Of a stretch of 64,000 nucleotides of DNA, positions 25,579 to 39,234 are shown in pieces (position 1 is the stretch's first letter; each line of letters begins with the position of its first letter). The position numbers and the translations under genes were made by a program. The stretch lies in NCBI RefSeq assembly GCF_006345805.1, contig NC_043014.1:45260001-45324000 (forward strand), given 5' to 3'. Under the pieces are notes generated by a model, which searched no databases, had not been told where the DNA came from, and worked only from the letters and a program-made list of their open reading frames with translations. This DNA comes from Octopus sinensis (lineage: Eukaryota).

Positions 25579-25726
25579 TACATTCTGAGTTCAAATTCCA
25601 CCACAGTCGACTTTGCCTTTCATCCTTTCAGGGTCAATAAATTAAGTACCAGTTGCATACTAGGGTCAATCTAATTGACTGGCTGCCTCCCCAAAAATTT
25701 CAGGCCTTGTGCCTAGAGTAGAAAAG
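25579..25726 (+). mobile_element. 5'-truncated SINE family B (B2) with 17-bp TSD
   Basis: TSD aataatgaaagtagttt at 25562-25578 and 25727-25743. Confidence 0.88.
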
Positions 25727-27528
25727 AATAATGAAAGTAGTTTCCTTAAATTTCATACATTCCCATCTTATAGGCCACATCACTAACACTAAACAGATAG
25801 GAAAACTGTACTACTTCCATTTTCATTTGAAGACAGAATAGTACACCTGGTATATGTAAGGCTGCAACTAAATTCAGATTTATTTTTTTATAGGTTTGAA
25901 TGTGTTTGGGCATCTGAATCCATCAGAAGTAAATTATATTTATGAGCTGATGTTCTTCCCATTGTTGGCGTCTGCCTTATAATATCAAAAAACTAAGGCA
26001 AATGGAATTATGTGTCTTTCTTGGAACACAGTACAGTGGTCAGATACAACCAGGTTTAAAATCTTACTCTTCAGATGGATAGAATAGTTATGTGCAATTT
26101 ATTCCGTGATCAGGAATTCACCTACAGCTTTTCTTCTTTACAATACTAAACAAGAAGAATAAACCCAGAATAAAGTCAATTAAAATTACATGACAAGGGT
26201 AAAGGAAAGTTGATATCATTAATCTGCTATGGACCAAATTCTATATAACTTCATTAAGATTTATAAAGATGATTTATTAAGGTAAAATTTTAGAAGTGAT
26301 TCCTATGCTTTAGAACTGTGCAAAGGCTTTGAAATATAGTTTTTTTGTTTTTTTTAGGGAGAAGTTACAAAGAAATAAACTTTCTGATGAAATTAACAGA
26401 AATTAGGCATAGTTTGAATCTTCTAAATGAATAGAATTAACTTAGATTTCAAGGCAACCAATCAGCATTTAATCAGATCTACAGTTGCGTTTCTTTAAAA
26501 CAGGTATTATGTTATTTGGATGCCACACAAAGGAATCAATAAACATTCGGTAGTGTGGCAATTTCTATTTATAACTTTTTAGACCCAATCTCAACAGAAG
26601 AATTCTATTGATCTTATTAGCCATGCAAGACTATGGTGGTAAAGTAACAGCATTCTACACTGATGTTTTATATTCATGTGCGCCGACATTTCTCATTGTT
26701 AGTTGCTTAATACATTTTGAAGATTATCATGTTTAGCATAGTCAAACATCTCAGCAAGCTCTCTCATTAAATAAGAGTAGATAGATGGAAAGATAAAAAG
26801 AAAATTTTAATATTTTGACAAATGAACTTCAAACAGGATTAAATGAAAAGAGCATTTTCTAAAAAAGATGTCAGACATGAAATTAATAAAAGAAACTGAA
26901 AGATTGCCATACTGGAACAGCATTAACAGTCAGATATAAAGAAATGTGGATAGAATCCTTGAGTCTATAGAAACAGAATGGATATAGTTTGCCATTGAGA
27001 TTGATAAACAAGAAATTGATTTCTAATGGTGATCTGGTGGGATTTGTGGATATTAGTCAACAATGAATTGTTTATTAACAGTAAATTAATTTTGTAATAA
27101 ATATCAACACAATAAAGCTACATGTTCAGTGTTTGAAATGTTGGTCTCTATCTCAGAATGCCAAACTCAACAACAACGAATTTCCTTTAATATGGTAAGA
27201 TCAATTATCTAAATAACATAATCAGTATTCAGCCAACAAAAGTGGCATGTGTCCATGATAGCTGGCAGAATACTTCTTCCTTCTAAATTTCCTCAGTAAT
27301 CTTAATAAAACAACATCAACAGCAAACAAGACTCATTATTTCACCTACTTATCACCATCTATTCCTACCTCATGAATATAGTGTCTTAATCTTCTCTTTC
27401 ATAACATCTCCATAAACCTAATTCACAAAAAAAGTCCTGAATTCACATCCATTATTTATATCACTCAAATTTAACTGCCTCCCAGTCTCACAGCTCAAAT
27501 ATACACATCAATATTATTTTTAATTTTA

Positions 27529-27803
27529 TTGCCAGCCTCGCCTGGCCCCCGTGCCGGTGGCACGTAAAAAGCACCATCCGTCCGTGGCCGTTTGCCAGTT
27601 CCGTCTGGCACCTGTGCGGGTGGCACGTAAAAAGCACCCACTACACTCACGGAGTGGTTGGCGTTAGGAAGGGCATCCAGTCGTAGAAACACTGCCAGAT
27701 CAGACTGGGCCTGATGCAGCCTTCTGGCTTCACAGACTCCAGTTGAACCGTCCAACCCATGCTAGCATGGAAAGCGGACGCTAAATGATGATGATGATGA
27801 TGA
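27529..27803 (+). mobile_element. SINE family A, young copy
   Basis: CpG-rich, two cacgtaaaaagcacc modules, (GAT)n tail. Confidence 0.92.
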
Positions 27804-28939
27804 TTCATTTTATATTTTACTACAAATTTTGACATTTGAATATTTGTTGGTGTTCTTAGATTCATCAAAAACATAGTGAAAGATTTATGTATTCTGCAAT
27901 TAATAAGTAAGTTATTTATGCGAAAGTAAATTACATGTAAATATCAAATAGTGGACAACCTGTCCAATCTGTATGAAGTATGATAAGTTGATGCTTTCAG
28001 CAATTTTCTTCCTGCTTAATCAGGGATAGGAATCAATGAATTGGTTTAAATAAATGGAAACCAATTCCAAAACCAAAACAAACAATAATAATAATGATGA
28101 ACTATATTAAAAAGAAGGCATATTCAAGTTCAAAAGTACAAGTTAATTGATGGCTAAGAAAACTATAATGACGAAAGGAATTCTTCCATTATTTCACTCT
28201 AACACTTTGTTAGAGTGCAATTTTAAACCCAATAAGAACACATAAATTACACAAATAATGCAAATAGAAAAATACACACAAAGAGATCTTAGAATCCACA
28301 CTGTTCTTGAACTTGCTAACCTTTATTGATTAACAATCTAGCTGGAAGGCATTTATTCTCATAGCAATCAACCAAAGAAATTAACTAAAACAAATTAAAA
28401 AGTTTCATCCCATTGATCCACTCTATGAGATATTTGTAAAATCTACCTGCATAAAGCAATCATTTTGTCCAATAATTCATTCTTACTTTTTAAAAATTCT
28501 TCCTATAGGTCTTGAAATATAACCCTATTTATGAAAGTATTTCTTCAAAATAATGGGTAATTCTTTTTACAGATAGTGTTTCTAATTTCCGCTTGTTATT
28601 TTAAGTTCTCATTCTTAATTCTTCCTCAGTGTGAAGAGATGAGAACCTGAAAGTGAATCGAAGAAACAACAAAACTATTAGCTAAAATACAGAAAAGAAG
28701 AATTTTATTTTTTGGCTTAGAAGAGAAAGAAGAGTGCCCTTGACCTTTTATAGGGCCTCTAAGACTAATGGAGATAGCAGGAAGTAATGCACCAACATAC
28801 TAAGTAACTCTCAGATCTGACTCAGAGACTTGGGTCTAAATGGTTGGTTGCAACAGGGTGGACTCCATTAAAAGTAATGTAATACAATATATTCAAAGAG
28901 AATAAGTACAATGATCTCTTGACAAAGGAAAATTTGAAA

Positions 28940-29075
28940 TTATTAAATAAATCACTTTGAGCCCTTCAGAGAGGACACAGAATCAACATGCATGGAGAGT
29001 GAATGCAGCAGTGACTCATCTAATCCATGCCAGAAAGGAACAGATCATGATGTTAAAATAATGATGATGATGTTG
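28940..29075 (+). mobile_element. Possible RTE-type LINE 3' end remnant
   Basis: Ends ...aatccatgccag...gatgttaaaataatgatgatgatg, resembling the family A / 56600 tail. No clear coding motif. Confidence 0.35.
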
Positions 29076-30755
29076 AAGATAAAAAAATATAAACAGCTTG
29101 AATCCTATCATGATCAAACTGACCTCTTTTCTGTAACCTTAAAAGAGTTCTTTTCTGGCTGTCAATAAATTAGAGATCAGCAGTTTAGATTAAATATTGA
29201 GACATTTGCAACACAAATATAAACAAAACAAATTTGACCAGAGACTCTAAACCACAATAAAAGTAAAGGATAGATTCCATTGCTAAATGGGAATGTGTGA
29301 TGATAGATGGACAGAAAGAGATTTGGAACTCTTAGAGTTGCTAATACTATGAAAGTGAAATGATATAAACAAAAGCAAAGGAACATTATAGTTTTTACTA
29401 TCAATACAACAAAATATTTCAACATTTTTTACAAAAGAAAAATAGTTGGTGTTATCACTATAAAAGCAAGTTATTTTGCAGAACCAGCCATGAAATAGAA
29501 ATATCACAGAAACACACGAGGAAGGTAACAATAATATTTGCTGAGATACTGTGACCTGAAATGTCTTATGATTACCAGTTGATTGTAACAAAACTACAAA
29601 TTATGAAGGAAGTTACAACCATGTCAAAATGATCTCAATGGCATTCGACTCATGTGCACTGGGAACAGTAGGTGGAAAACTGCACAGCAGCGGCAACAGC
29701 ACTAGCAGCAACAGTGACAGTAGTAGTAGTAGTAGCAGCAGCAACAGCAGGAGCAATAGTAGTAATGATAAAATTTTAAAGCTTATTACATGCTAGAACT
29801 TGAATTATCATTGTGCAATAATTCTTCCAAAATAATATTTATGTTAGTTGATTTTTAAGGTTTAGGAATATAACAATTTGTATCAAAAAGCAACATTTGT
29901 AGAATTGCAATGGCTAATTATAAGAAATGTTAGTTTTAACTCATGGGTTGTGGATCCATATCTCATCAGAAACAGTGTACTCTGTCTGCAAAAAGAAGCC
30001 AACTCAATAAGTAAAGTTATTCTACTTGCCAGAAATGGAGGCTGATTGAACAATGAAGATTTATCCAAACTGACTGTGTATCTGCTTATCACAAACATTG
30101 GACCTTTGCTTTTCTCAGAGACACCTGCTGTATGTGAGCTAAAGCATAGCTGATATGAACTGCTCAACAACAACAACACATCTCTAGAAATTATCTCACC
30201 AGAAATATGTCTATAAGAACAACAGCCACAAAAGGTTAATGAACAGAACAGGAAGCTAACTTCAATGCACAATGATTACCATGCTAATTATCAGTATGTA
30301 AATCTAAAAAGTAATCACACACTAAACATTAAAATAAAATTTAAAAAATAAAATGAAAATAGAATATATAACCAATAGTGAGATTAATCAGAGCTAATTT
30401 GTTTGGGAAACATGTAAGGTATCTTTCGAGAAATAATCTACACTAAGAAATAATGAGCAAATTTTTAGCAAAACGAAAGATGTTTTAACCATGCAACACA
30501 GTATTTTCTTTTCGTTTTGATTATATGAGAATGGAATTAAATTAAAATGCCTATAATCATTGCAGGAATTACTGAAGAATTTGGTCTAAGGTATATGTTA
30601 AGGCAAACAGTTTTGTAGAGTCCAAATCTCTAGGTTACTGACTACATAACTATCAAGCTCACTGCTTGGATATATGTGACCTGTTTCAAAAGGAGATTTT
30701 AAAAAGGTTATGAATCCAGCATGCAGAAACATTTAATGTCAATCTAAGATTGAGG

Positions 30756-30790
<35 letters not shown>

Positions 30791-30799
30791 TATAGAAGG

Positions 30800-30850
30800 A
30801 GCTTCTACAGGACTAGTACTGTTTCATTCAAGAGAAATCTTCAGGAAGCT
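30800..30850 (-). ncRNA. Type I hammerhead ribozyme (HH-1, left-arm copy)
   Basis: Exact reverse complement of 33521-33571. Confidence 0.75.
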
Positions 30851-31018
30851 ATTTAACAAGAATTGTATTAGCATTTATACATTTAGGCAGGTTTAAAGGA
30901 GTGGTGGTGGGGGACTTTTTTGGGGGTAGGCATAGCGCAAAATATCATACTTGGGGGAGTGGTCAGGGAGTCAGTGGTAAGTTAGATGAAAGAATAGATA
31001 AATAAAAAAATAAAAAAT

Positions 31019-31055
<37 letters not shown>

Positions 31056-31216
31056 AAATAAAAAATAAAAAATAAAAAAATAAATAAATAAATAAAAAAA
31101 TAAAATGTGTGCACATACATACATAACCACATATACATACACACACACATACGTACACATGTGTGCCTATACATACACACATACACATACATACATATAT
31201 ACATATATATATACAC

Positions 31217-31249
<33 letters not shown>

Positions 31250-31766
31250 CACATATATATATACACAATCCAATACAGGCCCATTCCCTAATTTTAATTT
31301 TATTATCTTCATTTATTACTTTTGTTATCTTTGATCGCTAGAGCTAAGGAACCTGGCGATGGCAGCATGTCCAAATTGTCTGTCTACTAGAAGGCAAGTA
31401 CTCGTTCCCGCACGCACACTCATTAGCACGTACATACACCCATTCGTACACTCATACACATACACGTACGCACGCGTTATATTCATACATACAAACATCT
31501 ACATACGTTCACGTATATACACATACGTACTCGTACCTACAGATTCATGTCTACACTTTAGGAGGCTAGTCTATATATATACGCCAATAAATATACATAT
31601 ATATACATATATATCTATATACATATATATTACACATATACACATACACACCACACAACATATATATATATATATACACCTACATACAGATACATACCAT
31701 ATATATATATATACATACACACACATACACATACACACATATATATATTAATATATATACACACAC

Positions 31767-31807
<41 letters not shown>

Positions 31808-32032
31808 CATATATATATACATACATACACACACACCATAGATATACACACACATACATACACATATATATACATACACAAACATATACACACACATATA
31901 TATATATACATATTACCACATACATACACACACCCACATACATATACACACAAACACATACATACGTAAACATACATACATACATCCATACATCCAGACT
32001 TACATGCACTTATACGCATACACACACCCCCA

Positions 32033-32101
<69 letters not shown>

Positions 32102-32263
32102 TATATACCCACTCACACATACATATACAAATATACGCCCACATACATACATACATACACGTATACGCATACACGCACATACACATATATGTGCGTGTAT
32201 GCGTATACGTGTATGTATGTATGTATGTGTGGGCGTATATTTGTATATGTATGTGTGAGTGGG

Positions 32264-32338
<75 letters not shown>

Positions 32339-32568
32339 TGGGGGTGTGTGTATGCGTATAAGTGCATGTAAGTATGGATGTATGGATGTATGTATGTATG
32401 TTTACGTATGTATGTGTTTGTGTGTATATGTATGTGGGTGTGTGTATGTATGTGTGTAATATGTATATATATATAGATGTGTGTGTATATGTTTGTGTAT
32501 GTATATATATGTATGTATGTGTGTGTGTGTATATAGTGGGTGTGTGTGTATGTATGTATATATATATG

Positions 32569-32613
<45 letters not shown>

Positions 32614-33126
32614 GTGTATATATATGTATATATATATAGTGTGTATGTGTATGTGTGTATGTATATATATATATATGGGTATGTATCTGTATGTAGGTGT
32701 ATATTATATATATATGTGTGTGTGTGTGTATGTGTATATGTGTATATATATATGTATATATATATTATATGTATAATATGTATATTTATTGGCGTATATA
32801 TATAGACTAGCCTCCTAAAGTGTAGACATGAATCTGTAGGTACGAGTACGTATGTGTATATACGTGAACGTATGTAGATGTTTGTATGTATGAATATAAC
32901 GCGTGCGTACGTGTATGTGTATGAGTGTACGAATGGGTGTATGTACGTGCTAATGAGTGTGCGTGCGGGAACGAGTACTTGCCTTCTAGTAGACAGACAA
33001 TTTGGACATGCTGCCATCGCCAGGTTCCTTAGCTCTAGCGATCAAAGATAACAAAAGTAATAAATGAAGATAATAAAATTAAAATTAGGGAATGGGCCTG
33101 TATTGGATTGTGTATATATATATGTG

Positions 33127-33159
<33 letters not shown>

Positions 33160-33520
33160 GTGTATATATATATGTATATATGTATGTATGTGTATGTGTG
33201 TATGTATAGGCACACATGTGTACGTATGTGTGTGTGTGTATGTATATGTGTTTATGTATGTATGTGCACACATTTTATTTTTTTATTTATTTATTTATTT
33301 TTTTATTTTTTATTTTTTATTTTTTATTTTATTTTTTATTTTTTATTTTTTATTTTTTATTTTTTATTTTTTATTTATCTATTCTTTCATCTAACTTACC
33401 ACTGACTCCCTGACCACTCCCCCAAGTATGATATTGCGCTATGCCTACCCCCAAAAAGTCCCCCACCAACCACTCCTTTAAACCTGCTAATGTATAAATG
33501 CTAATACAATTCTTGTTAAT

Positions 33521-33571
33521 AGCTTCCTGAAGATTTCTCTTGAATGAAACAGTACTAGTCCTGTAGAAGCT
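33521..33571 (+). ncRNA. Type I hammerhead ribozyme (HH-1, right-arm copy)
   Basis: Stem I AGCUUC/GAAGCU, core CUGAAGA, stem II U-UUC(ucuu)GAA-U, GAA, stem III ACAG/CUGU with loop UACUAGUC, GUA triplet, predicted cut after 33565. The only deviation is a U-U pair at the base of stem II. Confidence 0.75.
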
Positions 33572-33654
33572 CCTTCTATATAATAAATTAATTTTACTCT
33601 GCTATGTATTGAGTACCTTTACTACTGTGGTTAACCCCGGATCAACCCGGGACC

Positions 33655-33700
<46 letters not shown>

Positions 33701-35394
33701 TGAACATTGTTTATATAAAAGAAATAGTAATGTCTGAGAAAGATTTTTTCACTATGTTACAACGCTGCAAACCTAAATAAATAAAGCTATAATTTGAAGA
33801 CAACTTTAAAAACAGATTATTTTAATAAAAAAAAAAATACTCATAATAAAATTATATATTATTAAATTAAGATATTAGCTTGTTTCATAATATCTTTTGA
33901 GTTTATCTGAAAATATATAATAATGAACACAAAATAGCTGTAATTCATATTTTTATATATAATACAAGCAATGACCAAAAACTATTTTATCTAAACTAGT
34001 AAAGAACAGAAATTAATACAGGAGAACTAAGACAAAAGCAAAAGCAAGCAAAAAAGAAAACAAGAATCAATAGAAACAATTAATCATATTTTTCTTTGAA
34101 TTCTACAAATTCACAATAATTTTTTAAAAGCCAAAGACTGAAAGCTTGAAATTTAACAAACTCAATTAACTTTGATTGAGTACAATCTAAAATCTTCAGC
34201 TTTATTGATTTTTAGCTTTGATAAATGTTTTTCTTAAAAGAAACTCAATGTAAATTTTCTAAGAACTGCAATTATATGACAAACTGAAATAGGTGAAAGT
34301 GTTTAAATGTTTTTGCTGATATTAAGTTATACTGATCCTCAGCAGCAAATTCAGACGATCACTCACATTCATTGTTACGCCAATCAGCTACAGTAGATTG
34401 GCAAAACTATCAGGATGTCAGAACAATATGCTCTACAGTATTTAGCTACAACCCTTTATATCCTGAGTTAAAATCCTCCTGACATCAACTTCCCTTATCA
34501 TCTTTCTAGGGTCTACTAAAATAAAATAGCAGTCAAATATTGGATTTATTTACAAAACAGCTACAAAGCTAACAAATTACATTTATATCCTCCACCCCTA
34601 CAAAATGGATATAAATATACTTGTAAAAATGTGCAAGTAATTGAGGCAGCAGTGTTGAATTACAATACTTAGTTTCACTTCTCTATAATCTGAATTCTAA
34701 CTTTGCCAGAGTCTACTACGTTTATCATTTTTACCATCCCCACCACTCCACTGGTCAATGAAATATGTACCATACTCTCCAACAAAAATCAGCTATGCAA
34801 TTCTTATAGTATATGAAAGCCATGTCAGAACTGCAAAGAAACAAAAAAGAAAGCATACAGATACTACTTTGTCATTCTGCAGTAGACTTCATTGTATCCT
34901 TATGAAAGATAATTATCACAGTGTCTATAGACAGATAACCAGTGAGCTATGTTATAACAGAATAGTGTAGTTAGAAAATGAAGAATAACCATAAGTTAAA
35001 TGAGAAAACATCCTTTTATTCTATGATCGATTACGTTCATTTGATTTAATCAAGAATATGCAATAATAATTTTTACAATGGAAAATTTGGTGGAAAAAGA
35101 AATTTTTTAAATGTGCCATAGAAAAGAGCATTATTATTTATTCTTATCATTTCAGCAGCTCATTCTCTTTAATAGTAAAGAGAATGTATACTGAAGGCAA
35201 AGACAAAAGGTTAGAGATAGGAATATACATAAAATGCTTCTGTGTTTTCAATTAGGACACAAACATTTAGCAAAGATATAACGATACTATAGTGTTTTCT
35301 AGTCAATCTTTGAATGCAGAGTGGAATAAAGAATATCCATTCCATTCTGTGTCTAATGATGGTGCTGGGGGGGGGCTATCATAGACAGTATAGC

Positions 35395-35615
35395 TTAACC
35401 TTTTAGTATTCAAACCAGCCATATCCAGCCAAAATATTCTACGTGTTTTAGGTTCAAACTGGCCAGATCCTGCCCCTCTCACCTACTCTACAATGTCATC
35501 CTAAACATAAACAGTCGGGTTAGGGTTAGCTATGGGATAGTGCATGGTTGATTACATGTAACATAAGTGAATACACATTACATTTGACAGAGTAATCTGA
35601 ATGTTAAAAGGTTAA
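35395..35615. mobile_element. piggyBac-type MITE (subfamily F2)
   Basis: TTAA flanks, TIR ccttttag.attc; homologous to 50753, 62694 and 63142. Confidence 0.8.
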
Positions 35616-36194
35616 AGAAGCAACAAATGGTAGTTCATTAAGGATTTCTAATATGAGAGAGAGCAAGATGAGTGAGTAGTGGACAATCAGCTGAAAGGTT
35701 ATCAGCTCATATTCCGCTCTCAGGACTGTGGTTGCCTGTGGCCAACACATTTAACCCTCAACAGGCCAACCATGCATAATGATTTCATAGCTTGTAGTAT
35801 TGAATTTAATTCATCATATGGGAAAAGATAAGCATTTTATTTAAAGGAAGATTTGTCTCTTATCTACTTAACACCACAAAAACTGGAGATAAGTACCAAG
35901 CCATGCAAGTGGACTACTGTATTTCAGAAAGGTATTAAGCTTTTTTTTCTTTTTTTTTAAAGAAATTCTGATAAAGGTATTTTTTTCTAAGCCATTAACA
36001 GCCTTTTCTGAAATCTAAAGAAAAAAATTTACTGAACTCCATAACACTGTTTTGATGCTATACAAGAGAGCCACCAACAGATATATGTTCTCACAAGACA
36101 GTTAAAAAAAAAAATTATTGATGATGTTAAGGTGAATTCAGTTAGTTATGAGCTATTTGGGGAAAAATGAGTTGGTTGGCTTTATAAAATATAA

Positions 36195-36423
36195 TTAACC
36201 CTTTCGTTACCAACCCGGCTGAAACCGGCTCTGGCTCTGTTGTACAAATGTCTTGTTTTCTTAAAGTTTTAATTAAAATCTTCCACCAAACCTTAGTCAC
36301 AATATATTTTCCTAACACTAGTTGAATGATAACTAAGTTATTTTATTAAATTCTTTGTTATGTTTAAAGTAATTGAAAGAAACACAGAGCATCTCAAAAT
36401 AAATACAGTAATGAAAGGGTTAA
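36195..36423. mobile_element. piggyBac-type MITE (subfamily F1)
   Basis: TTAA flanks; TIR ccctttcgttac/gtaatgaaaggg. Confidence 0.92.
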
Positions 36424-37710
36424 TATACTAACAAAATGGTTTGTAGGTGACTGAATTCAGCAAAATTTCAAACACAATGACCATCGTAAATATTTTTTTC
36501 CAATGTCTGATGCAATTAATCAATTCCAATTTATGTTAATGGAAAAAGGTCAATATTTAATGGAACAACTGTCAACCAAATTACTAACTTTAAAATTTCA
36601 AGCATTATTCATATTTTAACTGGTTTCTTCCATTCTAATACAAATATTTTCTTTTTACAAAATTCAAGAACTAAGGCTTTGAATAACTGTCAACATAGAT
36701 ACAAGAGTTGCAGCTACCAAGTTGACAAGGTGATGGAGAGTACCTACTGAAGCATATGTAGTCCATATCCTGCATTAACACTGTAAGAACACTTTATTCT
36801 TAATGGATTAGCATGTCTATAAATAGATATTATAGTTGGGAATACTGTGAAATTGATAAAAGTTTTGTTAGCATGCAGTGCTGAGCTCGACATTTCTCTA
36901 CAGTATATAACTTGAAAATGTCCAATACTACATAATAAAAATATATATAGGAAGTCTTTAGCCACTACAAACAATCTAGTTTGTTATGAGATTCACCACA
37001 ATAAAATGGAAAAAGATAGAGATTACAGAAAATACAAATTTCTTTTTTATGCTTGAAAAATTGTTTTAGTTCCATTAACAGAAACCAAGTTTTAAATATA
37101 AAATAGCATTTGTAAAGAGAGAAAAATAACAAAATTAAATGAAGAAATTCAGAACTGCATTCTTCATTTGCAATGAATTCAAAATAAGCTGCTCGAAGAA
37201 AACCAATCATTTTTGAACCTCCAAATAGCAAAACTAAATGCAGTAATAGTATTAATTATCTCCACTGGAAGAGGCTTATCCATTAGTTTCTTAACTAGTA
37301 ATTCTCATCTTTCTTCTTAAATTCCTCGAGTAATAAATTAAGGGAAATTAAAAGCAATCCTTTATGCTGAAGAGCTATCAGTATTTGACAATTTCCAAAA
37401 CAAGGATACACATTACATAGTGCTAGAAATAATCAATAGCAGCAGTGGTTAAGAAGACAAACGTTGAAGAGAAATCAATAAAAATTCAATATCCTACAGT
37501 TCTGCCAGAACCACAATTGCACCGATAACATAAACAAGAAGCTTTCAAAGCCTTTAGTATTTGGGAAAGACTATTGATTACAGACAGATAATAAAAACTG
37601 GCAACATTGCAATTCTTCAGTTAAATTTTACATTTGATGAAAGCAATATTAAGTAATATTTGGGTAAATTATCTAATTTTTGTTAAATGCTATACTTTAT
37701 ATATATATAT

Positions 37711-37742
<32 letters not shown>

Positions 37743-37819
37743 TTACTTAATCAGTATTTCATGTGTTCTTTTACATATATGTGAACAGTTTCTGTGAAAA
37801 TAAACCGTAAACAAAACAA

Positions 37820-38032
37820 GCACAAGCCTCTACTTGGTCACTTGATATGCTAGATATAGCAACCAAATTTACCTCAAATTACACGCTATTGTCTTAAAAA
37901 AAAAATTAAGTGCATATTAGATGATGTAGTTCTAAATATACTATGCCTGAAAATAAAACAAGATGGTCAGAGTTGGAATGCCTTTAATGATAGGTGTTCT
38001 CAATCAGGGCTGATCTGGGCTAAACAACAACA
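37820..38032 (+). mobile_element. Repeat family G
   Basis: gcctctacttggtca...gctagatatagcaaccaaat...caatcagggctgatctgggctaaacaacaacaa. Confidence 0.75.
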
Positions 38033-38108
38033 AAAGCAAATACTTCAAAATGAGTTGCTTCTTTGAAATCTAATATTCTTGCCCACTTGAAAGTATCTAT
38101 CATAAATG

Positions 38109-38176
<68 letters not shown>

Positions 38177-38238
38177 TATATATATATGTATGTGTGTGTA
38201 TATATATATATGTATATATATCATGTGTGTGTGTGTAT

Positions 38239-38473
38239 AAAGCACATCCATACGTGGTCGATGCCAGCACCACCTTCACTGGCTTCCGTGCCGGTGGCAC
38301 GTAAAAAGCACCCACTACACTCATGGAGTGGTTGGCTTTAGGAAGAGCATCCAGCTGTAAAAACACTGCCAGATCAGACTGGAGCCTGGTGCAGCCTCCT
38401 GGCTTCCCAGACCCCGGTCGAACCGTCCAACCCATGCTAGCATGGAAAACGGACGTTAAACGATGATGATGAT
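38239..38473 (+). mobile_element. SINE family A within a TA/TG microsatellite
   Basis: Family A body with (GAT)n tail. Confidence 0.9.
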
Positions 38474-39234
38474 ATATATATATATATATATATATATCAT
38501 GTATGTGTGTGTGTATATATATCATCATCATCATATATAATAAATTGTAAACAAAAATCTCAGAATTAAGGTAAAAGTGAATGGAGGGAAAAGATATTAT
38601 AAAATATCAACTCAGTTCCATAAATTAATTTTGGCTGAGATACAGTTAAGAAAATACCACAACTATACTGGTATTATTATATATAAATAAAAAAAAAATA
38701 ATGCTGCCTCAATGCAACTAGGTGATTCTATAGGGTTTTAAACAACTAGCTCGTCACATCTATGTCACTGGTACTCTGCCAAGTCATTAGTGAAAATACT
38801 TAATTCTCTCTATCAACAATATAGCTGAGAGGAAATCCTTTATTTGTTTTTAGATTTTTAAATCACCTTACAGGGAGGTTTTGCTTAGTAACTGCCAAGA
38901 TAATTTCAATTGATGCTAGTTTTTCAACTCATCTATATTACATGTGTGAAAGTCTACTGTATTTATTATTTAGTATACATGGCACTGCCTGAGGTATTTT
39001 CCCTCAGTCTTTTAATTGTCCTGGCCTAGTTCATGTAGATGCTGCAAATAGATACTATGAGAAGGTAGTTACTCATCACTGAAAAGAAACAAAGTATTTT
39101 ATAACTGTTGTGTGCTTCATTAGGGTCAATGTTAAATCCAGTTTCTGCTGTGGATCAGGTTCTGAGAGATGCACTCACTCTACATGCTCCAACCAAATCA
39201 AAGCATGCTTGATATATATTTTTTTTATTTTCAT

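Larger units (their letters stand above)
30757..33697. mobile_element. Penelope-like inverted (fold-back) element embedded in a (TA)n tract
   Basis: Arms 30781-32181 and 32188-33590 are reverse complements around a 6-nt loop (cacata). The right arm has an extra ~67-bp terminal segment. TA tracts lie on both outer sides. The right arm shows TATAAA (33493), hammerhead, then AATAAA (33582), a pLTR-like order. Confidence 0.75.

Noticed and set aside
30963-33413. Long ORFs (up to 327 aa), including the twice-occurring [13 protein letters not shown]... frame
   Set aside because: They consist of TA/CA/TG microsatellite translations (YIYI, THTH) and recur only because of the palindrome; no domain was recognised.
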